A stretch of DNA of 64,000 nucleotides, from assembly GCA_040954595.2 (NCBI GenBank), contig CM082595.2, positions 9,909,918-9,973,917 on the forward strand, written 5' to 3'. Positions 12,240 to 22,900 of this stretch are shown piece after piece (the first letter of the stretch is position 1; every line of letters starts with the position of its first letter). Made by a program: the position numbers and the translations under genes. This stretch comes from Balanoglossus misakiensis (lineage: Eukaryota > Animalia > Hemichordata). The notes beneath the pieces are model-generated. The model saw only the letters and a list, made by a program, of their open reading frames with translations. It was not told the DNA's origin and made no database searches.

Positions 12240-12330
12240 CTCCGATTTGTTTTTCTTGATGAAAGATGCGATGCGATGATTGTGTTCGAAGATTTAGGCC
12301 TGGTAGTCGCCTGAAGTTTCATTTTCTTCG
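9060..12330 (-). mobile_element. Internal fragment of a BEL/Pao element truncated at both ends; no LTR recognised
   Basis: The gag frame continues upstream of the ORF (EENETSGDYQA*IFEHNHR..., stop at 12294-12296) to the satellite junction at 12329-12330. Homology ends right after the RNase H DSQIVLHW motif. Confidence 0.85.
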
Positions 12331-15300
12331 CTCTAAAGTGCCGGGGCTTCAGCTAAACCAGGCCGTAGGAAATCCGACGTAATCACCGTTGATAACTTAC
12401 GCCAGTCTGTGTCATATAGAGCCGGTGCACCAGCCGAGTCACGCCGTAGGAAATCTGACTTGATCAACGTGGTCAATGTACGCCTGTTTCTGCTCTAGAG
12501 TGCCGGGGCTTCAGCTGAGCCAGGCCGTAGGAAACCCGACGTGATTACCGTTGTTAACTTACGCCAGTCTGTGTCCTATATATAGTGCCGGGGCATCAGC
12601 CGTGCCAGGCCGAAGGAAATGTGAGTAGATCAACGTGGTCTCTGTACGCGTGTTTCTGCTCTAGAGTGTCAGGGCTTTAGCAAAGCCATGCCGTAGGAAA
12701 TCTGACTTGATCAACGTTGCTAACGAACGCTAGTGTCTGTCATAGTGTGCCGGGGTTTTAGTCGAGCCAAGCCGTAGGAGATCAGACTTGATCAACGTGG
12801 TCTCTGTACGCGTGTTTTTGCTCTAGAGTGCCGGGGCTTTATCCAAGCCATGCCGTAGAAAATCTGACTTGATCACCGTTGCTAACGTACGCTAGTGTCT
12901 GTCATATTGGGACGGAGATTTAGCCGAGCCAGGTCGTAGAAAAATCGACTTGTTCAACGTTACCAGTGTGCAACTGTTTCTGCTCTAGAGTGTCAGGGTT
13001 TTAGCCGACTTATGCTGTAGGAAATCTGAGTTGATGAACGGGAATTCAATGTTAGAAAACCCGTGTGGAAAGTATCCCTACCCGTTTGAAACTAAGAAAA
13101 GAATTTATTCTTATTTATTTTGTAAAAAAGACAATTTTTCGAAAACATGTCGAAAATGGTAATTTTGTCTTGGGTGATTCAAATTATACCACATTTTCTG
13201 GAATTTGCAGCACTTTTTACAAGAGAACGACACTTCATGCTCCATAATATTTCCGAAAATCAAGAAAAGAGTTTATTTTTTATGATTTTTTAAAAATGTA
13301 CCATTTTGTCAAAATATGGCCAAAATGGCTATTTTTTCTTGAATTCCGTCAATATCTCTGCATTTTTGGAGTGGTCGAAAGTTTTAACATACAATCAACA
13401 TATCATATATGATCAGGGCACCAAATTCGAAGAACGAAGATTTTTTTATTTTATTTTTCTAAAAATGACATTTTCAAGGAAAATTTGGTAAAACGCAATT
13501 TTGTCTGCAGTGAGCCAAATTAGACGGTCTTCTGTGGAATTTGTATCGATATATATATACGAAGAGCATTCTATACTCCATCAGATTTCCGAAAATGTAG
13601 AAAACAGGTATTTTTTGTAATTTTCAAAAATTTACCATTTTGACCAAATTGTGGTTAAAATTGTTATTTTCGTGTTGAATGCCGCCAGTGTCACTGCTTT
13701 TAAAAGTCATAAAAACTTTTAACATGCAAGCAATTGCTTATATATGATCAGGTCACCGAATTAAAAAAATAAAGAATGTTTTGCCTAAAAATGACCTTTT
13801 TGGTGCAAAAACGAATAAAACGCAATTTTGTATTAAATCAGCTCATTCAGAGTGCATTTTTTATAATCAGCACCATTTTTACATATATTGGAAATTTCAT
13901 ACATCATCAGATATCCAAATATGAAAAGATGATTTACATTTTAGATGATTGTCCAAAATTAGCTGATATCTGATAAATGTAGTATTTAACCGTTCTGTTC
14001 CCCCCCCCCTACATTATATGCGGTACGCTGATGTCAGCTTACCCGGCAGTACTGCAGGCCGTGCCCCCAACTAACGTCGGTGTTTGAAACGCCCTGGTTA
14101 AATTCGGGCTTTCTCTATAAATTGACAGGCAATAAAGCAGTCCTACCGGAACAAATGTCGAGTGTTGACCCGCTGTGACTTTCCCTGTTCGGTTTGCCCG
14201 ACTTAGCCAACGTCTTTGTACTAGAGTGTCGGGTCTTTTGCAGAGCCAGGCCGAAGGAAATCCGACTTGATCACCGTTGCTAACGAACGCTAGTGTCTGT
14301 CATGGTGTGCCGGGGTTTTAGTCGAGCCAGGCCGTAGGAGATCTGACTTGATCATCGTGGTCAATGTACGCGTGTTTCCGCTCTAAAGTGCCGGGGCTTC
14401 AGCTAAACCAGGCCGTAGGAAATCCGACGTAATCACCGTTGATAACTTACGCCAGTCTGTGTCATATAGAGCCGGTGCACCAGCCGAGTCACGCCGTAGG
14501 AAATCTGACTTGATCAACGTGGTCAATGTACGCCTGTTTCTGCTCTAGAGTGCCGGGGCTTCAGCTGAGCCATGCCGTAGGAAATCTGACTTGATCAACG
14601 TTGCTAACGAACGCTAGTGTCTGTCATAGTGTGCCGGGGTTTTAGTCGAGCCAAGCCGTAGGAGATCAGACTTGATCAACGTGGTCTCTGTACGCGTGTT
14701 TCTGCTCTAGAGTGCCGGGGCTTTATCCAACCCATGCCGTTGAAAATCTGACTTGATCACCGTTGCTAACGTACGCTAGTGTCTGTCATATTGTGACGAG
14801 ATTTAGCCGTGCCAGGCCGTAGAAAAATCGACTTGTTCAACGTTATCAGTGTGCAACTGTTTCTGCTCTAGAGTGTCAGGGTTTTAGCCGACTTATGCTG
14901 TAGGAAATCTGAGTTGATAAACGGGAATTCAATGTTAGAAAACCCGTGTGGAAAGTATCTCTACCCGTTTGAAACTAAGAAAAGAATTTATTCTTATTTA
15001 TTTTGTAAAAAAGACAATTTTTCGAAAACAAGTCGAAAATGGTAATTTTGTCTTGGGTAATTCAAATTATACCACATTTTCTGGAATTTGCAGCACTTTT
15101 TACAAGAGAACGACACTTCATGCTCCATAATATTTCCGAAAATGAAGAAAAGAGTTTATTTTTTATGATTTTTTAATAATGTACCATTTTGTCAAAATAT
15201 GGCCAAAATGGCTATTTTTTCTTGAATTCCGTCAATATCTCTGCATTTTTGGAGTGGTCGAAAGTTTTAACATACAATCAACATATCATATATGATCAGG

Positions 15301-18117
15301 GCACCAAATTCGAAGAACGAAGGTTTTTTTATTTTATTTTTCTAAAAATGACATTTTCAAGGAAAATTTGGTAAAACGCAATTTTGTCTGCAGTGAGCCA
15401 AATTAGACGGTCTTTTGTGGAATTTGTATCGATATATATATACGAAGAGCATTCTATACTCCATCAGATTTCCGAAAATGTAGAAAACAGGTATTTTTTG
15501 TAATTTTTAAAAATTTACCATTTTGACCAAATTGTGGTTAAAATTGTTATTTTCGTGTTGAATGCCGCCAGTGTCACTGCTTTTAAAAGTCATAAAAACT
15601 TTTAACATGCAAGCAATTGCTTATCTATGATCAGGTCACCGAATTAAAAAAATAAAGAATGTTTTGCCTAAAAATGACCTTTTTGGTGCAAAAACGAATA
15701 AAACGCAATTTTGTATTAAATCAGCTCATTCAGAGTGCATTTTTTATAATCAGCACCATTTTTACATATATTGGAAATTTCATACATCATCAGATATCCA
15801 AATATGAAAAGATGATTTACATTTTAGATGATTGTCCAAAATTAGCTGATATCTGATAAATGTAGTATTTAACCGTTCTGTTCCCCCCCCCCCCTACATT
15901 ATATGCGGTACGCTGATGTCAGCTTACCCGGCAGTACTGCAGGCCGTGCCCCCAACTAACGTCGGTGTTTGAAACGCCCTGGTTAAATTCGGGCTTTCTC
16001 TATAAATTGACAGGCAATAATGCAGTCCTACCGGAACAAATGTCGAGTGTTGACCCGCTGTGACTTTCCCTGTTCGGTTTGCCCGACTTAGCCAACGTCT
16101 TTGTACTAGAGTGTCGGGTCTTTTGCAGAGCCAGGCCGAAGGAAATCCGACTTGATCACCGTTGCTAACGAACGCTAGTGTCTGTCATGGTGTGCCGGGG
16201 TTTTAGTCGAGCCAGGCCGTAGGAGATCTGACTTGATCATCGTGGTCAATGTACGCGTGTTTCCGCTCTAAAGTGCCGGGGCTTCAGCTAAACCAGGCCG
16301 TAGGAAATCCGACGTAATCACCGTTGATAACTTACGCCAGTCTGTGTCATATAGAGCCGGTGCACCAGCCGAGTCACGCCGTAGGAAATCTGACTTCATC
16401 AACGTGGTCAATGTACGCCTGTTTCTGCTCTAGAGTGCCGGGGCTTCAGCTGAGCCAGGCCGTAGGAAACCCGACGTGATTACCGTTGTTAACTTACGCC
16501 AGTCTGTGTCCTATATATAGTGCCGGGGCATCAGCCGTGCCAGGCCGAAGGAAATGTGAGTAGATCAACGTGGTCTCTGTACGCGTGTTTCTGCTCTAGA
16601 GTGTCAGGGCTTTAGCAAAGCCATGCCGTAGGAAATCTGACTTGATCAACGTTGCTAACGAACGCTAGTGTCTGTCATAGTGTGCCGGGGTTTTAGTCGA
16701 GCCAAGCCGTAGGAGATCAGACTTGATCAACGTGGTCTCTGTACGCGTGTTTCTGCTCTAGAGTGCCGGGGCTTTATCCAACCCATGCCGTTGAAAATCT
16801 GACTTGATCACCGTTGCTAACGTACGATAGTGTCTGTCATATTGTGACGGAGATTTAGCCGAGCCAGGCCGTAGAAAAATCGACTTGTTCAACGTTACCA
16901 GTGTGCAACTGTTTCTGCTCTAAAGTCTCAGGGTTTTAGCCGACTTATACTGTAGGAAATCTGAGTTGATGAACTGGAATTCAATGTTAGAAAACCCGTG
17001 TGGAAAGTATCTCTACCCGTTTGAAACTAAGAAAAGAATTAATTCTTATTTATTTTGTAAAAAAGACATTTTTTCGAAAAAAAGTCGAAAATGGTAATTT
17101 TGTCTTGGGTGATTCAAATTATACCGCCTTTTCTGGAATTTGCAGCACTTTTTACAAGAGAACGACACTTCATGCTCCATAATATTTCCGAAAATGAAGA
17201 AAAGAGTTAATTTTTTATGATTTTTTAAAAATTTACCATTTTTGTCAAAATATGGCCAAAATGGCTATTTTTTCTTGAATTCCGTCAATATCTCTGCATT
17301 TTTGGAGTGGTCGAAAGTTTTAACATACAATCAACATGTCATATATGATCAGGGCACCAAATTCGAAGATAAAAGTTTTTTTTATTTTTTTTTCTAAAAA
17401 TGACATTTTCAAGGAAAATTTTGTAAAACGCAATTTTGTCTGCAGTGAGCCAAATTAGACGGTCTTTTGTGGAATTTGTATCGATATATACATACGAAGA
17501 GCATTCTATACTCCATCAGATTTCCGAAAATGTAGAAAACAGGTATTTTTTGTAATTTTCAAAAATTTACCATTTTGACCAAATTGTGGCTAAAATTGTT
17601 ATTTTCGTGTTGAATGCCGCCAGTGTCACTGCTTTTAAAAGTCATAAAAACTTTTAACATACAAGCAATTGTTTATATATGATCAGGTCACCGAATTAAA
17701 AAAATAAAGAATGTTTTGCCTAAAAATGACCTTTTTGGTGCAAAAACGAATAAAACGCAATTTTGCATTAAATCAGCTCATTCAGAGTGCATTTTTATAA
17801 TCAGCACCATTTTTACATATAATGGAAATGTCATACATCATCAGATATCCAAATATGAAAAGATGATTTACATTTTAGATGATTGTCCAAAATTAGCTGA
17901 TATCTGATAAATGTATTATTTAACCGTTCTGTTCCCCCCCCCCCCCCTACATTATATGCGGTACGCTGATGTCAGCTTACCCGGCAGTATTGCAGGCCGT
18001 GCCCCCAACTAACGTCGGTGTTTGAAACGCCCTGGTTAAATTTGGGCTTTCTCTATAAATTGACAGGCAATAATGCAGTCCTACCGGAACAAATGTCGAG
18101 TGTTGACCCGCTGTGAC
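12331..18117 (+). repeat. Composite ~2-kb macrosatellite, orientation A (about 3 units)
   Basis: Poly-C markers at ~14000, ~15883 and ~17934. The GC block has an 81-bp period (CCGTAGG at 12363, 12444, 12525...). The AT block has a ~330-336 bp period (AATTTTGT at 13161, 13497, 13824). Confidence 0.95.
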
Positions 18118-19941
18118 TTTTTTTTTTTTTTTTTTTTTTTTAATACTTTTTATTGGGAACACAAACAGTCATTTTGATACATAAGTAGATTTAAAAAAAA
18201 AAAAAAAAAAAAATTGACAATTATTTTTTGGAAGCATAACTTAATGGAAAGAAGAGAAAAAAAAAAAAACAATCTGGTATTCTCAGTTTGTTATATACCT
18301 CATAAGTGATGACCATTTTTTAAGATGAAAATACATTTTATGATTTGCAGTTGCAATCTTAAGTTCAATTTCATGTATGTTTTTGAGCTGAACAATAAAC
18401 CCAGTGATATTCGGAATTCGATTATTTAATTTACAGTAGTAAATGTACATTCTAACTTGCATTGCTATAAAATTGACTATAAAAGTCTCGTTTGGGTCAC
18501 CCAAAACCATACATAACACTGATGGTGGTTTTTTCAATTTAAGAGGGATACCCAACGTAAACAGTAGGTCCCTCCAGAGAGCAGTAGTACAATTGCAACT
18601 ATGAAATAAATGGTCGATGGACTCTGTTTCCACTTTACATAAATCACAAAGAGCAGTTGGAAATTTCTGTGGATTGTACCTGTTTAGCTGTTTGTTTGTA
18701 TACAAAATATTGTGAAGTAATTTAAATTGAAAAGCTCTAGCCTTACAATGTATTGATAACTTGTAAGTGAAGTCATACATTTTTTCCCAGTTTAGATTAA
18801 ATATATTCAACATTTTTTCCAGTGTTGCTTGACTTTTTGGAGTCTCTATAATACGGTCGTTCAAATTACATTTCAAACTCTTTTTCGTTAAAGTGTCTAA
18901 ATTACAGATTGTGCCATTCAATGAAATACAAAGCTTATGTACACTATGTGCTTTGGTACAATTTTTTAACTTGTTTGGAACAGAAAGTGTCAATCCTAAC
19001 CACTTCAATTTCTGATTTAAATTCAGGCCTTTCTGCTCAAATACAGACCATGATACTCTATTAAAACCTGTAAACATGTCAGGGATGAAATTAAAGCCAG
19101 CGTCAGAAAAAGCCTTATAAAATACCGACTTTCCTCCAACGAGGACGTTTCTGTTGTTCCAAATCACCTGGTCTGTAGTATTTGGAATTATGTTGATTTC
19201 TGACCATGTGACAAGACAATTATTTATAAAACTGGAAACTTGGACAGGCAAAAGATTGGTGCGGAAGTTACATTTAAAAAGTAATTTTCCACCGACTTTC
19301 TCTAAACTGTGTAAGACAATGTGTTTCCAAGGGTGTTTACATTCCTCATTCAACAGGCGTTTAATCAGTAATACTTGCTTTGTTTTTATCATCACATCTA
19401 AATTGGGCATTTTTAAGCCTCCTTGGCCCACCTCCCCTATCATTACATTCCTGCGAACCCGGTCTTGTCCATTCCAGAGAAAATTATAAATTAACTTATG
19501 AACCCGACCTATTACTTCATTAGGAAAAATTACATGTGTAAGCACATATGTTAATTTGGAAATTGCCAATGACTTAATAACTTGAACTTTCCCAATGATG
19601 GTCAAATTCCTAGTTTTCCACATATTGAGGACCTTTTTTAGATTTTCGACTGGGGTAACAATATTTTTTTCCTGGGCAATTTTTTCATTATAAGAAAAAT
19701 GAATCCCCACAATCTTGATAGTAGGGGTGGGCCACTTTACCCCGAACGCCTCATCTTTTCGAAGTCTCCATTTCCCAAGCCAAACAGCTTCTGTCTTATC
19801 TTTGTTGACTTTCAAACCAGAAGCATTATAAAAGGAAGTTAACATTTCAAAAACAATTCTTACAGAGTTTTCATTTGATAAAAAACAGGTCATATCGTCG
19901 GCGAACGCCGACTCCTTAATTTCAACACTGCCAATATTGTA
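18118..19941 (-). mobile_element. 5'-truncated L1/Tx1-group LINE (ORF2 3' half, 3' UTR, poly-A)
   Basis: Poly-T 18118-18141 with a minus-strand AATAAA just upstream, an open ORF2 C-terminus, and a 5' break just upstream of NIGSVEIKESAFADDMT. No TSD; the flanking satellite is inverted. Confidence 0.92.
18283..19893 (-). CDS. LINE ORF2 C-terminal part (end of RT, C-terminal CCHC zinc finger); partial
   Basis: FADD immediately upstream; SGLKVNKDKTEA, LTIIGKVQVIKSL, GGLKMPNL, FQFKLLHNIL and CDLC-x8-HLFHSC are typical of L1/Tx1 ORF2. Confidence 0.9.
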   Translation of the reverse strand: MTCFLSNENSVRIVFEMLTSFYNASGLKVNKDKTEAVWLGKWRLRKDEAFGVKWPTPTIKIVGIHFSYNEKIAQEKNIVTPVENLKKVLNMWKTRNLTIIGKVQVIKSLAISKLTYVLTHVIFPNEVIGRVHKLIYNFLWNGQDRVRRNVMIGEVGQGGLKMPNLDVMIKTKQVLLIKRLLNEECKHPWKHIVLHSLEKVGGKLLFKCNFRTNLLPVQVSSFINNCLVTWSEINIIPNTTDQVIWNNRNVLVGGKSVFYKAFSDAGFNFIPDMFTGFNRVSWSVFEQKGLNLNQKLKWLGLTLSVPNKLKNCTKAHSVHKLCISLNGTICNLDTLTKKSLKCNLNDRIIETPKSQATLEKMLNIFNLNWEKMYDFTYKLSIHCKARAFQFKLLHNILYTNKQLNRYNPQKFPTALCDLCKVETESIDHLFHSCNCTTALWRDLLFTLGIPLKLKKPPSVLCMVLGDPNETFIVNFIAMQVRMYIYYCKLNNRIPNITGFIVQLKNIHEIELKIATANHKMYFHLKKWSSLMRYITN

Positions 19942-22900
19942 TCAAACACCAACGTTAGTTGGGGGCACGGCCTGCAATACTGCCGGGTAAGCTGACATCG
20001 GCGTACCGCATATAATGTAGGGGGGGGGGACAGAACGGTTCAATACTACATTTATTAGATATCAGCTAATTTTGGACAATCATCTAAAATCTAAATCATT
20101 TTTTCATATTTGGATATCTGATGATGTATGAAATTTCCATTACATGTAAAAATGGTGCTGATTATAAAAAATGCATTCTGATTTAATACAAAATTGCGTT
20201 TTATTCGTTTTTACACCAAAAAGGTCATTTTTAGGCAAAACATTCTTTATTTTTTTAATTCGGTGACCTGATCATATATAAACAATTGCTTGTATGTTAA
20301 AAGTTTTTATGACTTTTAAAAGCAGTGACACTGGCGGCATTCAACACGAAAATAACAATTTTAGCCACAATTTGGTCAAAATGGTAAATTTTTGAAAATT
20401 ACAAAAAATACCTGTTTTCTACATTTTCGGAAATCTGATGGAGTATAGAATGCTCTTCGTATGGATATATCGATACAAATTCCACAAAAGACCGTCTAAT
20501 TTGGCTCACTGCAGACAAAATGCGTTTTACCAAATTTTCCTTGAAAATGTCATTTTTAGAAGAAAAAAAAATAAAAAAACCTTTGTTCTTCGAATTTGGT
20601 GCCCTGATCATATATGACATGTTGATTGTATGTTAAAACTTTCGACCACTCCAAAAATGCAGATATATTGACGGAATTCAAGAAAAAATAGCCATTTTGG
20701 CCATATTTTGACTAAAATGGTAAATTTTTAAAAAATCATAAAAAAATAACTCTTTTCTTCATTTTCCGAAATATTATGGAGCATGAAGTGTCGTTCTCTT
20801 GTAAGAAGTTCAGCAAATTCCAGAAAAGGCGGTATAATTTGAATCACCCAAGACAAAATTACCATTTTCGACTTTTTTTCGAAAAATTGTCTTTTTTACA
20901 AAATAAATAAGAATAAATTCTTTTCTTAGTTTCAAACGGGTAGAGATACTTTCCACAAGGGTTTTCTAACATTGAATTCCCGTTCATCAACTCAGATTTC
21001 CTACAGCATAAGTCGGCTAAAACCCTGACACTCTAGAGCAGAAACAGTTGCACACTGGTAACGTTGAACAAGTCGATTTTTCTATGGCCTGGCTCGGCTA
21101 AATCTCCGTCACAATATGACAGACACTAGCGTACGTTAGCAACGGTGATCAAGTCAGATTTTCTACGGCATGGCTTGGATAAAGCCCCGGCACTCTAGAG
21201 CAGAAACACGCGTACAGAGACCACGTTGATCAAGTCTGATCTCCTACGGCTTGGCTCGACTAAAACCCCGGCACACTATGACAGACACTAGCGTTCGTTA
21301 GCAACGTTGATCAAGTCAGATTTCCTACGGCATGGCTTGGCTAAAGCCCTGGCACTCTAGAGCAGAAACACGCGTACAGAGACCACGTTGATCTACTCAC
21401 ATTTCCTTCGGCCTGGCACGGCTGATGCCCCGGCACTATATATATGACACAGACTGGCGTAAGTTAACAACGGTAATCACGTCGGGTTTCCTACGGCCTG
21501 GCTCAGCTGAAGCCCCGGCACTCTAGAGCAGAAACAGGCGTACATTGACCACGTTGATCAAGTCAGATTTCCTACGGCGTGACTCGGCTGGTGCACCGGC
21601 TCTATATGACACAGACTGGCGTAAGTTATCAACGGTGATTACGGCGGATGTCCTACGGCCTGGTTTAGCTGAAGCCCCGGCACTTTAGAGCGGAAACACG
21701 CGTACATTGACCACGATGATCAAGTCAGATCTCCTACGGCCTGGCTCGACTAAAACCCCGGCACACCATGACAGACACTAGCGTTCGTTAGCAACGGTGA
21801 TCAAGTCGGATTTCCTTCGGCCTGGCTCTGCAAAAGACCTGACACTCTAGTACAAAGACGTTGGCTAAGTCGGGCAAACCGAAGATGGTAAGTCACAGCG
21901 GGTCAACACTCGACATTTGTTCGGGTAGGACTGCATTATTGCCTGTCAATTTATAGAGAAAGCCCGAATTTAACCAGGGCGTTCCAAACACCGACGTTAG
22001 TTGGGGGCACGGCCTGCAGTACTGCCGGGTAAGCTGACATCGGCGTACCGCATATAATGTAAGGGGGGGGGGGGGCAAACAGAACGGTTCAATACTACAT
22101 TTATTAGATATCAGCTAATTTTGGACAATCATCTAAAATCTAAATCATTTTTTCATATTTGGATATCTAATGATGTATGAAATTTCAATTATATGTAAAA
22201 ATGGTGCTGATTATAAAAAATGCACTCTGAATGAGCTGATTTAATACAAAATTACGTTTTATTCGTTTTTGCACCTAAAAGGTCATTTTTGGGCAAAACA
22301 TTCTTTATTTTTTTAATTCGGTGACCTGATCATATATAAAGAATTGCTTGTATGTTAAAAGTTTTTATGACTTTTAAAAGCAGTGACATTGGCGGCATTT
22401 AACACGAAAATAACAATTTTAGCACAATTTGGTCAAAATGGAAAATTTTTGAAAATTACAAAAAATACCTGTTTTCTACATTTTCGGAAATCTGATGGAG
22501 TATAGAATGCTCTTCGTATGTATATATCGATACAAATTCCAAAAAAAAGACAGTCTAATATGGCTCACTGCAGACAAAATTGCGTTTTACCAAATTTTCC
22601 TTGAAAATGTCATTTTTAGAAAAAAAAATAAAAAAAACCTTTGTTCTTCGAATTTGGTGCCCTGATCATATATGACATGTTGATTGTATGTTAAAACTTT
22701 CGACAACTCCAAAAATGCAGAGATATTGACGGAATTCAAGACAAAATAGCCATTTTGGCCATATTTTGACAAAAATGGTAAATTTTTAAAAAATCATAAA
22801 AAATAAACTCTTTTCTTCATTTTCGGAAATATTATGGAGCATGAAGTGTCGTTCTCTTGTAAAAAGTGCTGCAAATTCCAGAAAAGGTGGTATAATTTGA

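Noticed and set aside
9106-12279. Plus-strand ORFs overlapping the BEL ORF (and similar ones opposite the LINE ORFs)
   Set aside because: Antisense shadows of long coding frames with no independent evidence.
20118-20140. Hammerhead ribozyme core (CTGATGA...GAAA) in each unit
   Set aside because: Only 5 unpaired nt lie between the core motifs (no stem II), no stem I/III is evident, and the paralogous subrepeat lacks the motif.
21733-21765. 5S rRNA-derived monomer (CCTACGGCC resembles the 5S 5' end)
   Set aside because: Only ~9 nt match plus weak similarity; no A/C boxes or 120-nt 5S body.
22020-22130. Spliced-leader or snRNA gene (GG|GTAAGC donor plus AATTTTGG Sm-like site)
   Set aside because: A length-variable poly-G lies inside the putative RNA, Sm-like words are common in the AT block, and there is no resemblance to SL or snRNA sequences I know. 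RNA data would be needed.
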